DNA from: a virus
Lineage: Duplodnaviria; Caudoviricetes
Reading direction: 5' to 3' (one strand)
Length of the DNA stretch: 35,629 bases
IMG/VR virus record: IMGVR_UViG_3300012667_000473
Location: 1-35,629 of that record
A program made the translations under genes and the position numbers. This document shows positions 8,094-17,990 of the stretch, in pieces (position 1 is the stretch's first letter; every line of letters starts with the position of its first letter). A model generated the notes under the pieces. The model saw nothing but the letters and a program-made list of their open reading frames with translations. It searched no databases and was not told the DNA's origin.

Positions 8094-8687
8094 ATGCTCT
8101 CGCCGCAGTATGCTCTTGTCCGCGTCACCGCGCCGACCGTCTCGCCGATCTCGCTGGCCGAGGCCAAGGCACAGATGCGCGTCGAGGGATCTGACGACGA
8201 CACGATCATTCAGCGTTATATCGACGCGGCCATCTCTTTTGTGGATGTGCAAGGCGCGCTTGGCCGGGCGATGATGACGCAAACCTGGGGGCAGTGGCTG
8301 TCGCCAAACCCTGGCACCGTTCTGCTTTTGCTTGGCCCGGTTCAATCCGTCTCGGCCATCAAATATTACGACACTGACGGCGCATTGCAGACTGCAACGC
8401 TGGCCGACTTCGATGTCTTCGGGACGCCAAACAGGATCACCGTCTCGCCGAAATCAGGCAAGGCCTGGCCGACCACCCAGACCCGGGACGATGCGATCAA
8501 GATCGAATATGTCGTCGGCTATGGGTCCTCGCCGGTCAACGTGCCGCAGACGATTCGGCACGCACTGATGATGCTGGTCGCGCATTGGTATGAGAACCGC
8601 GAGACGACATCCGAGAAGCAGATGCTGGATCTGCCCTATGGTTTCACCGACATGATCGGCATGGAACGGAACCAGTGGTATGGCTAA
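8094..8687 (+). CDS. Head-tail connector (gp6-like / phiE125 gp8 type)
   Basis: PISLAEAKAQMRVE..DDD and VPQTIRHALMMLVAHWYENRE motifs. Confidence 0.92.
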   Translation: MLSPQYALVRVTAPTVSPISLAEAKAQMRVEGSDDDTIIQRYIDAAISFVDVQGALGRAMMTQTWGQWLSPNPGTVLLLLGPVQSVSAIKYYDTDGALQTATLADFDVFGTPNRITVSPKSGKAWPTTQTRDDAIKIEYVVGYGSSPVNVPQTIRHALMMLVAHWYENRETTSEKQMLDLPYGFTDMIGMERNQWYG

Positions 8688-9018
8688 GGCGGCGTCGTTT
8701 GGAGAGCGGGCGACGTTCCAGCGGCTCGATCAGAGCGCTGTCGATGCTTATGGCAACGTCTATACTGGCTGGTCAGAATATGGCGTGCGCTGGGCCGATA
8801 TGCGCGAGCGCACCGGCAAAGAGATGATCGAGGGCGGCGCGCTGGCCGATGTGGCAATGGCGACGATGCGCTGCCGTGCAGACGCAGTGACAAAGGCCAT
8901 CACCGCAGCGGATCGGGTGATCATTCGCGGGAAAACCTGGGCGATCAAAAACGTGACCCAAGTCGATTCCAAAAATTCGCTTGTGGAATTCCTGCTGGAA
9001 CGCGGGGTGGCGACATGA
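8680..9018 (+). CDS. Head closure / head-tail adaptor (SPP1 gp16-like)
   Basis: DAYGN...W...WA pattern, ITAADRVII..KTWAI; gene order. Confidence 0.85.
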   Translation: MAKAASFGERATFQRLDQSAVDAYGNVYTGWSEYGVRWADMRERTGKEMIEGGALADVAMATMRCRADAVTKAITAADRVIIRGKTWAIKNVTQVDSKNSLVEFLLERGVAT

Positions 9019-9407
9019 GAATTGACGGCGCGAGACGGCTGGCCCGCCAGCTCGAAAATATGCCAAAGGCAGTCAAGTCAAACCTGAAAAAGGCTATTCG
9101 CCTCAACACCGAGCAAGCCGCCAAAATGGCACGGCGGATGGTCCCGATCAAATCCGGCGAATTGAAGGGCTGGATCTACACTCAATATGAAGCCGACGGC
9201 ATGATCGGATCCGTTGAGGCTGCGCCGCCAACTAAGGCAGCGCAGATCAAGGCGAAGGCAGTAGAATTCGGGCGAGAGAAAGGCGAGCGCGGCAAGACGG
9301 CAGCGCAGCCTTACATCCGTTTGGCTCAGAAACTGCAAGCGCCGAAATTTCAGCGCAGCGTAAGATCGGCTGTGCGGCGCGGGATGAAGGAGGCAGCCGG
9401 TGGCTGA
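9015..9407 (+). CDS. HK97 gp10-like neck/tail component
   Basis: PIKSGELK, AVEFG and AQPYIR motifs; basic composition. Confidence 0.85.
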   Translation: MRIDGARRLARQLENMPKAVKSNLKKAIRLNTEQAAKMARRMVPIKSGELKGWIYTQYEADGMIGSVEAAPPTKAAQIKAKAVEFGREKGERGKTAAQPYIRLAQKLQAPKFQRSVRSAVRRGMKEAAGG

Positions 9408-9816
9408 CGGGTTTGCTCTTGCGCTCCAAAAGGGTCTGCGCGCTGCATTGGCCGCAAACGATGGGGTCGTTGCGACGGTCGCTGGCCGCATCTATGATGA
9501 GCCACCGCAGAATGTGGTTTTCCCATATCTGCGGTTTGGCGACATCAGCCCCAGCGCATTCGACACCGACAGCACGATCGGCGCATCTGTGGACATCACG
9601 ATGGAAGCGCACAGCCGATCGGCATCTGGCCGGGTTGAAGCTGTGCAGATCGTGGAGGCGGTGAACGCGGCGCTGCACCGGCAGGAGACCAGCGTGACCG
9701 TCACCGGCTTTACCCTGGTCGAATTGATTTTCGAGACCCATAATGTTACAAGGGATCCTGATGGCCGAGGTTATACGGCTGTGATCGCACTTCGGGCATT
9801 GCTCGAGACAGCCTAG
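9400..9816 (+). CDS. Tail completion/terminator protein (DUF3168-like)
   Basis: ALQKGLRAAL, GRIYDEPP..FPYLRFG and V.AALH motifs. Confidence 0.88.
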   Translation: MADGFALALQKGLRAALAANDGVVATVAGRIYDEPPQNVVFPYLRFGDISPSAFDTDSTIGASVDITMEAHSRSASGRVEAVQIVEAVNAALHRQETSVTVTGFTLVELIFETHNVTRDPDGRGYTAVIALRALLETA

Positions 9817-9819
9817 AAA

Positions 9820-9847
9820 CCAGCCTTGGGCAAGCTGTAACCGGAGG
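9820..9847 (+). promoter_or_regulatory. CTTGGGCAAG hairpin motif plus RBS in the tail tube gene leader
   Basis: CCAGCCTTGGGCAAGCTG then GGAGG; matches the 6557-6574 motif. Confidence 0.55.
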
Positions 9848-9849
9848 CC

Positions 9850-10281
9850 ATGATGCCTAAACAACTTGGACGCGCCCTGCTTGTCAAAATCGGCGACGGC
9901 GCAACCCCGACCGAAGCGTTCGCCAATCTGTGCGGTCTGAACAGCAAAACGCTGACGATCAACAACTCGCTGATCGATGTCACGACGCCGGATTGCACGA
10001 CGCCTGAAGGCGCTCTGTGGCGCGAAAACCTGAACGGTGTGAAGAACATCACCATTTCGGGTGACGGCTATTTCGAAGACAGCGTCACCGAATTGCGGAT
10101 GAACACCGTGGCGATGCTGGCCGATCCCAAAGGCAACTTCAAAGTGACGGTCCCGGCATTCGGCACTTATTCTGGCTCGTTCTATATCGAGTCGCTGGAA
10201 TTCGGTGGCGAAACTGAGGGCGGCGTGACCTATTCGCTGTCGCTGACCAGCAACGGCATCGTTACGTTCACGGCGGTCTGA
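9850..10281 (+). CDS. Major tail tube protein (GTA/TP901-1-like)
   Basis: GRALLVKIGDG, CGLNSK, IDVTT, WRENLNGVK and YSLSLTSNG motifs. Confidence 0.9.
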   Translation: MMPKQLGRALLVKIGDGATPTEAFANLCGLNSKTLTINNSLIDVTTPDCTTPEGALWRENLNGVKNITISGDGYFEDSVTELRMNTVAMLADPKGNFKVTVPAFGTYSGSFYIESLEFGGETEGGVTYSLSLTSNGIVTFTAV

Positions 10282-10658
10282 TGACGATCACCGCTGAAGC
10301 ACCGCGTGGGGGTGTCGTCGAATATATCGGCGGCACCTCATACGTTTTCCTGCTGCGAAACCGCGAGATCGAGCGGTTCGAGGACAAACACAGAGGCATC
10401 TTTGATTTCTGGGAAGGCGTCTTTGGCCGAGGCACAAAGCCGACCAGCACCGAGATCCGCAACCTGCTGGCGCTGGCGCTGGTTGGTGGCGGGTTGAAGG
10501 ATTCAGAGGCCGACAAGGTGATGGCTGCGGCAACGCCTGCCGATCTGATGCGGCTTTACCAGATCGCCCAGGCTGTTGTCGGCGTGGCGTTCATGCCGGA
10601 TGCGGTTGAGGACAGCTCAAAAAAAAAGCCGAGCGAGGACCAAAACCTGACAGGCTAA
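10281..10658 (+). CDS. Tail assembly chaperone (gpG-like, GTA-gp10-like)
   Basis: Lies between tube and TMP genes and ends in an A9G slippery run. Confidence 0.82.
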   Translation: MTITAEAPRGGVVEYIGGTSYVFLLRNREIERFEDKHRGIFDFWEGVFGRGTKPTSTEIRNLLALALVGGGLKDSEADKVMAAATPADLMRLYQIAQAVVGVAFMPDAVEDSSKKKPSEDQNLTG

Positions 10659-10891
10659 ACGTCCGAGGCATGATCGCGAACGGGATCGTGATTGGTTTAC
10701 GGCCAAACGAGATCCGTGATATGGTTCCCAAGGACACCTGGCTTGTTTTCCAAGGATGGCAGGATGCTCATTCTGCGCCAAAGCCAGGCTCAGGTGCAAT
10801 GACGGCGGATGAATTCCGCGCCTTAGTGGAGCAAGTCGATGGCGATCAGCGCGGAACAGTTGAACATCATTCTGGCCGCGAAGGATCGTGA
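10619..10891 (+). CDS. Tail chaperone gpT-like segment reached by -1 frameshift
   Basis: TCA AAA AAA AAG at 10617-10628; the -1 frame is open (KAERGPKPDRLNVRG-MIANG...) through 10891. Confidence 0.75.
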   Translation, partial: KKKAERGPKPDRLNVRGMIANGIVIGLRPNEIRDMVPKDTWLVFQGWQDAHSAPKPGSGAMTADEFRALVEQVDGDQRGTVEHHSGREGS

Positions 10892-12689
10892 GTTTGCCAA
10901 GGCGATGGCCGAAAACGCGCGCCGGATTAAAAAATTCGAAAGCGATGCGAAAAAAAATCTGAGCGGCGTTTCGCAAGGATTTGATTTTCTCGGATCGGCA
11001 GCCAGCCGCCTTGGGTTGACGATGTCGGTCGGCGCGCTGGCGACCGGCATGATGCACGCCATCAAGTCGGCCATCGATGTCGGCGCGCAGATCAGCAATC
11101 TCGCCCGCATCGCTGGGACCGGCACCACCGAGTTCCAAAAATTTGCCATTGCCGCGCAGACGGTCGGAATTGATCAGAGCAAGCTGGCCGACATATTGAA
11201 GGATGTGAACGACAAGTTTGGCGACTATATGTCCACGGGGGCAGGCCCGCTGGCCGATTTCTTCGACAAAATCGCGCCGAAGGTTGGGCTGACCAAAGAG
11301 GCGTTTATTGGGCTGTCTTCGGACCAGGCTCTGGGGAAATATGTCAAGGCGCTGCAAGACGCTGGCGTAAACCAGCAGGAAATGACGTTCTATATGGAGG
11401 CGCTGGCATCTGATGCCACTGTCCTCAACCCGCTTCTGGCCGACAATGCTCGCGTCCTGACATCGATCGGCGACAGCGCCGAAAAAACAGGGCGGATCCT
11501 GGACGAGAGCATGATCGCCAACGCGAAGGCAATGGAAACCAGATGGACCGAGGTCTTGGGCGTTATGACGACGCACTGGAACAATTTCTGGCTGACCGTG
11601 GCGATGGGGATCGATGAGCTGTTCGACATTTCCACAGAGGCCCAGCTTGGCACGGCCATGCAGGAGGTGGATCGTCAAATCGGCGCGCTGCAACAGGCGC
11701 AGAAGGATTTCGAGACGTTCGCCGACCCGCAATACAAAGCGGACTATGCCGAGTCATATGGCATGGAAGAATTCACACGCGCACAGGCAGAGGCACAGGC
11801 CGAGCTGGATAGGACAACCGCATCCTATGAGGCAGCGGTCCAAGCCGCCAATGATCTCAAGACGGCAATGGACACTGATGTGATGAACCTGCCGCCGATC
11901 CTCGTCAACGATCCTGGGGCTGGTGCCAGCACGACACCATCTGCGGGCGCTGGGCAGACAGACCCGAGGCAAAAGGCAAAAGAAGCTTATGACAGCCTGA
12001 TGGGTTCCATCGACAGCACCAAGCGGGCGACGAATGAGTTTGGCGCCGCGCAGAAGGTCGTGAACGATGCGCTGGCCCAAGGCGTCATCACTCAGGCGCA
12101 AGCCGACAGCACGCTGATGATTTTGGCGGATCGGCTGAAGGCTGCGACAGGCGAGATGATGGATCTGTCGAGCGTGGCGAGCATTCTTGACAGCGGAATG
12201 ACCAACGCGTTCATGTCGATTCTTGACGGCACGCAGAGCGCAAAAGATGCTTTCCGCTCAATGGCCGTGGACATGATCAAAGAGCTTTACCGGGTTCTGA
12301 TCGTGCAGCGGATGGTCGGAGCGATTGGGACGACAACAAAAGCCGGGTCCGGAATCCTCGGCGCTATCGGCAACGCATTTCCTGCACTGAAATCCAACGC
12401 GTCGGGCGGTGCTTTATATGCAGGCCAGCCGTCTGTCGTCGGCGAGCATGGCCGCGAATTGTTCGTGCCGTCCAGTGCTGGCCGGGTGCTATCGGTCCCG
12501 CAGGCCAAGGCGGCGGTCAGCGGCGGCGACGGGGTGACGGTCGTCCAGAATATCAACATCTCCACCGGCGTGCAGCAGACCGTGCGAAACGAGATCAAGT
12601 CTATGATGCCGCAAATTGCCGACAACGCAAAAGCCGCCGTCTTGGATGCGCGGCGTCGGGGTGGCAGCTATGGGAGCGCATTCGCATGA
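10839..12689 (+). CDS. Tape measure protein
   Basis: 616 aa, Ala-rich and helical; lambda-like C-terminal ASGG...VVGEHGRELFVP motif. Confidence 0.92.
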   Translation: MAISAEQLNIILAAKDREFAKAMAENARRIKKFESDAKKNLSGVSQGFDFLGSAASRLGLTMSVGALATGMMHAIKSAIDVGAQISNLARIAGTGTTEFQKFAIAAQTVGIDQSKLADILKDVNDKFGDYMSTGAGPLADFFDKIAPKVGLTKEAFIGLSSDQALGKYVKALQDAGVNQQEMTFYMEALASDATVLNPLLADNARVLTSIGDSAEKTGRILDESMIANAKAMETRWTEVLGVMTTHWNNFWLTVAMGIDELFDISTEAQLGTAMQEVDRQIGALQQAQKDFETFADPQYKADYAESYGMEEFTRAQAEAQAELDRTTASYEAAVQAANDLKTAMDTDVMNLPPILVNDPGAGASTTPSAGAGQTDPRQKAKEAYDSLMGSIDSTKRATNEFGAAQKVVNDALAQGVITQAQADSTLMILADRLKAATGEMMDLSSVASILDSGMTNAFMSILDGTQSAKDAFRSMAVDMIKELYRVLIVQRMVGAIGTTTKAGSGILGAIGNAFPALKSNASGGALYAGQPSVVGEHGRELFVPSSAGRVLSVPQAKAAVSGGDGVTVVQNINISTGVQQTVRNEIKSMMPQIADNAKAAVLDARRRGGSYGSAFA

Positions 12690-13306
12690 CGATCACCTAT
12701 CCACTGACCATGCCGACGCACACCAACGTCAGGTCATTCGATCTGCGCGCCACCAATGCTGTCGCATATGGGCGATCGCCGTTTACGTTCGCTGGACAGG
12801 TGTTCGCCTATTCCGGCCAGATGTGGCAGGCCGACATCACGCTGCCGCCGATGAAGCGAACAGCGGCAGAACAATGGATCGCTTGGCTGGTCAGCCTGCG
12901 CGGGCAATATGGCACGTTCTTGATGGGGGATCCTCGAGGCTGCACGCCGCGTGGCGTTGCGACAGGCACGCCGCTGGTGAGGGGCGCGAACCAGACCGGC
13001 GGGTCCCTGATCCTGGACGGCGCGACGATCAACGTGACGGGATGGCTAAAGGCTGGGGATTACATCCAGCTCGGTTCTGGCACCACTTCACGGCTCCACA
13101 AGGTTTTGACCGACGCATCCAGCAACGGCACGGGCATCGTGACGCTCGATCTCTGGCCGCACATTAGAACCGCACCGGCAGACAATGCCGCAGTCACAGT
13201 CACCAATGCCAAAGGGCTGTTTAGGCTGGCGTCCAATGAAACATCCTGGTCGGCGAACGAGGTCAGCGTTTATGGGATCACGTTCGGCGCGATGGAGGTG
13301 ATCTGA
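12686..13306 (+). CDS. Distal tail (Dit-like) protein
   Basis: Immediately after TMP; SPFT..Q, W...ITLPP and WL.SLRG motifs. Confidence 0.7.
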   Translation: MTITYPLTMPTHTNVRSFDLRATNAVAYGRSPFTFAGQVFAYSGQMWQADITLPPMKRTAAEQWIAWLVSLRGQYGTFLMGDPRGCTPRGVATGTPLVRGANQTGGSLILDGATINVTGWLKAGDYIQLGSGTTSRLHKVLTDASSNGTGIVTLDLWPHIRTAPADNAAVTVTNAKGLFRLASNETSWSANEVSVYGITFGAMEVI

Positions 13307-13896
13307 TGGCGCGGACAGTTCCTGCCGCGATTCTGACGGCGCTAACCCAGCCAGAGGTGGCCCCATTCTATGCCGTAGAAATGCTGTTCGACGTTCGGAC
13401 CGGCACGGATCTGGATGGCAACCCGTTCACTTATGGGCCGATCAGATTGTGGACCGGATATGGCGACCGCGTGATCGACGGGCAGACATATCAAGGCGCT
13501 GGGGATCTGCTGACCATCAGCGGGCTGGAGGAGGTCAACGATCTGTCGGCAAAAGCCGCATCGATCACGATCTCGGGCATCCCGAGCGAATATGTCGCGC
13601 TGGCTTTGAAGGAGCCATATCAGCGCCGCACCTGTCGCATCCTTTGGGGCGTCACGAATGTCAGTGATTTTGTCGAGGTCTTCAGCGGCAAAATGAACCA
13701 GATGCCGATCGAGGACAGCGGCGAAAGCTCTGTCATCACGATCCTGGTCGAGAGCAAACTTGTCGAATTGGGGCGGGCGCTGGTGCGCAGATATACGCAC
13801 GAAAGCCAGCAGTCGCGCTATCCTGGCGACACATTCTTCAGCTTCGTGGCTGACATCCAAGACAAGGGCATCCCGTGGGGTCGGAAAGAAGAATAA
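13306..13896 (+). CDS. Minor tail / hub protein (lambda gpL-like position)
   Basis: RLWTGYG, Y.GAG.LL and RRYT.ESQ..RYPGD.FF.FV...WG motifs. Confidence 0.72.
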   Translation: MARTVPAAILTALTQPEVAPFYAVEMLFDVRTGTDLDGNPFTYGPIRLWTGYGDRVIDGQTYQGAGDLLTISGLEEVNDLSAKAASITISGIPSEYVALALKEPYQRRTCRILWGVTNVSDFVEVFSGKMNQMPIEDSGESSVITILVESKLVELGRALVRRYTHESQQSRYPGDTFFSFVADIQDKGIPWGRKEE

Positions 13897-14315
13897 CCGC
13901 GCTCAATGCGTTCCTGCGCGAGGTGGCGGATCGTCCGTTCCAGTGGGGCGTGTGGGACTGCCTCACATTCACCAACGACGCATTCCGGCGGATGCACGGC
14001 GCTGGCTGGGCCGACGATTGGGTGGGCCGCTATATCGCGTCAGGCGGGCTTCTGACGCGGTCTGAGCTTCGCATGGAATACGGGCACCAAAACATCGAGG
14101 ACGCGCTGGCAGAGCGGCTGGCGCGGTCCTACGGGGTGCCGCCGCGCGGGGCGTTGGTGATCGGCGGCAAGGATGTGGTCGAGGCCGGTTATCTGGGCGT
14201 CGGCTTCGGCATTTCTGTCGGGACGCGCGCAGCATTTCTTTCACGGGATGGTGTGGTATATTGCGACATTGAAATGATCGAAAGCGCATGGGTGAGAAGC
14301 GATGACGCCACTTAA
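13875..14315 (+). CDS. NlpC/P60-like tail assembly protein (gpK-like position)
   Basis: PFQWGVWDCLTF motif; upstream of the tip protein. Start codon uncertain. Confidence 0.7.
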   Translation: MGSERRITALNAFLREVADRPFQWGVWDCLTFTNDAFRRMHGAGWADDWVGRYIASGGLLTRSELRMEYGHQNIEDALAERLARSYGVPPRGALVIGGKDVVEAGYLGVGFGISVGTRAAFLSRDGVVYCDIEMIESAWVRSDDAT

Positions 14316-16857
14316 ACGGCTTCTGACAGGATCCAGTTCGCTGTCTGATTTTTCCCATGTGCCGCGTGATCCTGGGACGATCGGCGCATGGCTCTTGTCT
14401 ACGGTCGGGGTCACTGTCGCCGCAACGGCAACGGTTGCGATTGTCGTCGGCTATATCGCCACGACGCTGGTCACTGCATGGCTGACATCGGCTCTGTCGC
14501 CAAAGTTGCGGTCATCTGATTTTGGGATCAGGGGGACGCTGGTCAACAGCCGCGAGGCAGTCGCGCCCCAGGAATATGTCTATGGCACTCTGCGCAAGGG
14601 CGGATCGGTCACCTATATCGAGGCCACCGGCGCAAACAATCAATTCCTGCACATGATCATCTGCCTGGCCGGGCATGAGGTTTCGTCCATCGGCGACATC
14701 TACATCAACGATGAGGTCGTGACTCTGGATGCGAACGGATTCGTGACCAGCCAAAACTGGAATAGCAGGATCCGCATCAAGAAATATACCGGCAGCCAGA
14801 CTGCAGCGCCCGCCGATCTTCTGGCTGAAAGCAGCCAGATCGACGCCACCTTTATTGGCAGGGGCATCGCATATCTTTATGTCAGGCTCGAATATGATCC
14901 CGACACTTTCCCGAATGGGATCCCGCTCTTCACCGCCATTGTGAACGGGAAAAAAGTCTATGACCCGCGCACCGGCACAACGGCATTCTCATCGAATGCT
15001 GCGCTGTGCATCCGCGATTACATCACCAGCAATTATGGGCTGGCAGACTCCAGCGTAAATGACACCGCGTTCTCAGCATCGGCCAACGTCTGCGATGAGA
15101 ATGTGACTCTGTCGGGCGGCGGGACCGAAAAGCGATATACGATGAACGGGGTCGTCGGCGCGGAGCAAACGCCAGGCGAGGTTTTGCAGCAGATGATGAC
15201 CAGCTGCGCCGGGACTCTGTTCTGGGGGCAGGGCAAGTGGCAGCTCAAGGTCGGCTATTACACGGCACCTGTCAAAACCTTGACGCTGAATGATCTTCGT
15301 GGCCCGATCTCTCTGCAAACGCGGCAGTCGATGGCCGACATCTTCAATGTCGTGCGCGGCACATTCAACGACAAGGCGCAGGATTATGTCACCGTGGATT
15401 ACCCACAAGTGGACAGCTCTGTTTTCCTCGCTGAAGACTTTAACGTCTCCACCCCGATTGATCTCACGCTGCCGTTCACCACATCGGTTGCCAGCGCACA
15501 GCGCATTGCGAAACTAAGCCTGTATCGAGGCCGCGAGCAGATGACGCTGTCGGCGGATTTCGGCATGGCAGCGTTCAACGTCCAGGTCGGTGACATTGTC
15601 GCATTCACGAACAGCAGATACGGATGGACGGCAAAAGAGTTCGAGGTGATCGGCTGGACGTTCTTTGCCGACAGCGATGCCGGTGACCTTCGGGTCAAGC
15701 TGACATTGCGCGAGACATCGGCGGCGGCATTCGATTGGGCTGCCGAGGAAACAGCGATCATTGCCAACAATTCGAACCTGCCGTCCGCTTGGGATGTCGC
15801 AGCGGTTGGCATCTCGATCACATCGCAGACCCGCGTGATCTTTGAAAAGCTCACCAACGTGATCATCGCAAATGTCACCGCAGCGGCCAGCGCGATCGGC
15901 TTTATCGAGCGGGTTGAGGTGCAATTCAAGCTGCACAGTGACACGCTGTGGAGTTCGGTCGGCATCGGCAGCCCAGGGCTGTTCGAGATCCTGGACGCTG
16001 GCGATGGTCTATATGACATTCGTGCGCGGGCATATAACCACCTGGGCGTTCGCGGGTCTTGGGAGCTTTACGAGAATTATCAAGTCGCCGGTCTTGCTGT
16101 CCCGCCCCAGGATGTGACGACATTCCACGGCCAGGTCTATGGCGGGACGATCGCGCTTGAATGGACGCCGGTCCCGGATCTCGATCTGTCGCATTACAAG
16201 ATCCGGTATGCGCTGGAAGAGTCCGGCGCGACTTATGCCAATGCGACCACATCGGTCGAAAAAGTGCCGCGTCCTGGCACGAACATTGTCGTCCCGGCTC
16301 GGCCCGGCACCTATATGATCCGCGCCGTGGACAAGACCGGCAATTCCTCGACAAATTACTCATCTGTCGTCATCCCCGAGGCGGCATTCGAAACCTATGC
16401 GAACACTCTGACGCTGACCAACAGCCCAACCTTTGCAGGGACCAAAACAAACTGCACGGTGGTCTCAGGCCAGTTGAGGATCACCAGCGGCACATCGGCG
16501 ACATATGAAATGACGGCGGCAATCGACACGACAGCAGCCCGCAGGGTGCGCGCTCGATTGGATGTGAACACAAACCGGTATGACCCGACGCTCGGCACAT
16601 TCGACACATTGTCAGGCAATTTCGATGCACTGGCTGGCCTGTTCGATGACTTCACCGGCGGCACAAATATCGCCGACACCGATGTCCTGCTTTATATCGC
16701 AGTGTCGCAAGACGCAGTGACCTATGCGCCGTGGCAGCTCTTCAAGGGCGGGGACTTCTATGGCCGCGCTTTCAAGTTCAAGATTGACCTGAAAAGTGAT
16801 ACAAGCGGCGTCACACCGAGCATCTCAGGTCTGACAGCCCGCGTTTGGTATAATTGA
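14302..16857 (+). CDS. Tail tip / central fibre protein (gpJ-like) with FN3-like domains
   Basis: VYG..RKGG, GIAYLYVR, GKKVYDPR, SSNAALCIRDY, VGDIV and YDIRARAYN motifs. Confidence 0.9.
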   Translation: MTPLKRLLTGSSSLSDFSHVPRDPGTIGAWLLSTVGVTVAATATVAIVVGYIATTLVTAWLTSALSPKLRSSDFGIRGTLVNSREAVAPQEYVYGTLRKGGSVTYIEATGANNQFLHMIICLAGHEVSSIGDIYINDEVVTLDANGFVTSQNWNSRIRIKKYTGSQTAAPADLLAESSQIDATFIGRGIAYLYVRLEYDPDTFPNGIPLFTAIVNGKKVYDPRTGTTAFSSNAALCIRDYITSNYGLADSSVNDTAFSASANVCDENVTLSGGGTEKRYTMNGVVGAEQTPGEVLQQMMTSCAGTLFWGQGKWQLKVGYYTAPVKTLTLNDLRGPISLQTRQSMADIFNVVRGTFNDKAQDYVTVDYPQVDSSVFLAEDFNVSTPIDLTLPFTTSVASAQRIAKLSLYRGREQMTLSADFGMAAFNVQVGDIVAFTNSRYGWTAKEFEVIGWTFFADSDAGDLRVKLTLRETSAAAFDWAAEETAIIANNSNLPSAWDVAAVGISITSQTRVIFEKLTNVIIANVTAAASAIGFIERVEVQFKLHSDTLWSSVGIGSPGLFEILDAGDGLYDIRARAYNHLGVRGSWELYENYQVAGLAVPPQDVTTFHGQVYGGTIALEWTPVPDLDLSHYKIRYALEESGATYANATTSVEKVPRPGTNIVVPARPGTYMIRAVDKTGNSSTNYSSVVIPEAAFETYANTLTLTNSPTFAGTKTNCTVVSGQLRITSGTSATYEMTAAIDTTAARRVRARLDVNTNRYDPTLGTFDTLSGNFDALAGLFDDFTGGTNIADTDVLLYIAVSQDAVTYAPWQLFKGGDFYGRAFKFKIDLKSDTSGVTPSISGLTARVWYN

Positions 16858-16867
16858 GGAGACCAGC

Positions 16868-17761
16868 ATGGCAACGCATGACTATGTGATCGACAACCAG
16901 TCAGCGCCAGCATTCCGCGCCGATCTGAACAACGCGCTTCTGGCGATCGTCAGCCAGAACAGCGGATCCTCTGCGCCTGGCACGACCTATGCCAATATGC
17001 TTTGGTATGACACCGGCACCAACCAGGTCAAAAAACGCAACGAGGCCAACAGCGCTTGGATTGTCCTCGGCACGGTCGATGAGGGCCTGGGGACATTCAC
17101 CCCGACCGGTTTGCCTGCGATTGCATCTCAGGCTGAGTCTGAAGCCGGGACCGATAACGTCAAGATGATGACGCCGCTGCGTGCGGCGCAGGCCATCGCG
17201 GCACTTGGAGGGCTGGGCGGGTTAAAGCTCGCAGGCTTTATCTCCTCTGGGACATACACGCCAACGGCAGGCTATAGATATGCCTTGGTGTTCGCCACTG
17301 GCGGCGGCAGAGGTGGCGGCGGGGCGAGCGGGGGCAGCGGCGGCGGCAATGGCGGCATCGCTGGCGACACCTGCATTTCCGCGATCACCATCTCTGGGCT
17401 TGGGTCGCAGACGGTCACCATTGGCGCAGGCGGATCCGGCACCACTTCAACCTTTGGAAATACTGGCGGTGATACATCTTTGGGGACTCTTGTTGTCGCC
17501 AAAGGTGGAAACTCTGCAACGTCAAATGTCGGCGCATTCCAAATCCCGAGTTCACCGGCGGGTGGATCCGGCACCTATGTCGGCGGAATGGGCGGCGGAT
17601 CGTTCTGGGGATCTGGGGGTGGAAACTCAGGAACCAGCGGGACCGCCGGGTCTGCGGCTCTGGCTTATGGCGCTGGTGGCGGGGCCGGTTACAACACATC
17701 AGGCAGCACATCCGGCGGGGCGGGGCGCAACGGCGCTATATTCATCGTGGAGTTCAAGTGA
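16868..17761 (+). CDS. Tail fibre / receptor-binding protein with glycine-rich C-domain
   Basis: N-terminal HDY.I.NQ...FRADLN.AL, EAGTDN.KMMTPLR linker, poly-Gly C-domain ending GAIFIVEF. Confidence 0.8.
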   Translation: MATHDYVIDNQSAPAFRADLNNALLAIVSQNSGSSAPGTTYANMLWYDTGTNQVKKRNEANSAWIVLGTVDEGLGTFTPTGLPAIASQAESEAGTDNVKMMTPLRAAQAIAALGGLGGLKLAGFISSGTYTPTAGYRYALVFATGGGRGGGGASGGSGGGNGGIAGDTCISAITISGLGSQTVTIGAGGSGTTSTFGNTGGDTSLGTLVVAKGGNSATSNVGAFQIPSSPAGGSGTYVGGMGGGSFWGSGGGNSGTSGTAGSAALAYGAGGGAGYNTSGSTSGGAGRNGAIFIVEFK

Positions 17762-17958
17762 TGCAAAAGGTCGATGTTCGTGGCGGAATGATCGTCAACA
17801 TCATTGAGGTCGATCCCAACGCCATCCCGGATTGGTGCGCTGACTGGCCCGATTGGAGGCCGCAGGATGCCATCGGCTGGCCGTATATTGAGGACGCGCC
17901 AGCGGATCCTGATGTTTCCGCGTCGGTCACTTCATCGGATGATCCATCCGTGCTATGA
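17761..17958 (+). CDS. Small fibre-associated protein (possible chaperone)
   Basis: G.IVNII...AIGW.Y pattern; coupled to the fibre stop codon. Confidence 0.6.
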   Translation: MQKVDVRGGMIVNIIEVDPNAIPDWCADWPDWRPQDAIGWPYIEDAPADPDVSASVTSSDDPSVL

Positions 17959-17990
17959 TCTGACCAACCCACAATCCAACGGAGGCCAAA

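Noticed and set aside
16846-16854. Perfect extended -10 TGGTATAAT before the first fibre gene
   Set aside because: It encodes the terminal W-Y-N codons of the tip protein, and the implied TSS would fall within or after the RBS; probably coincidental.
8094-16857. Gene transfer agent cluster
   Set aside because: Tail genes are GTA-like, but the window has its own replication, cos-type packaging and early genes, so it is a phage.
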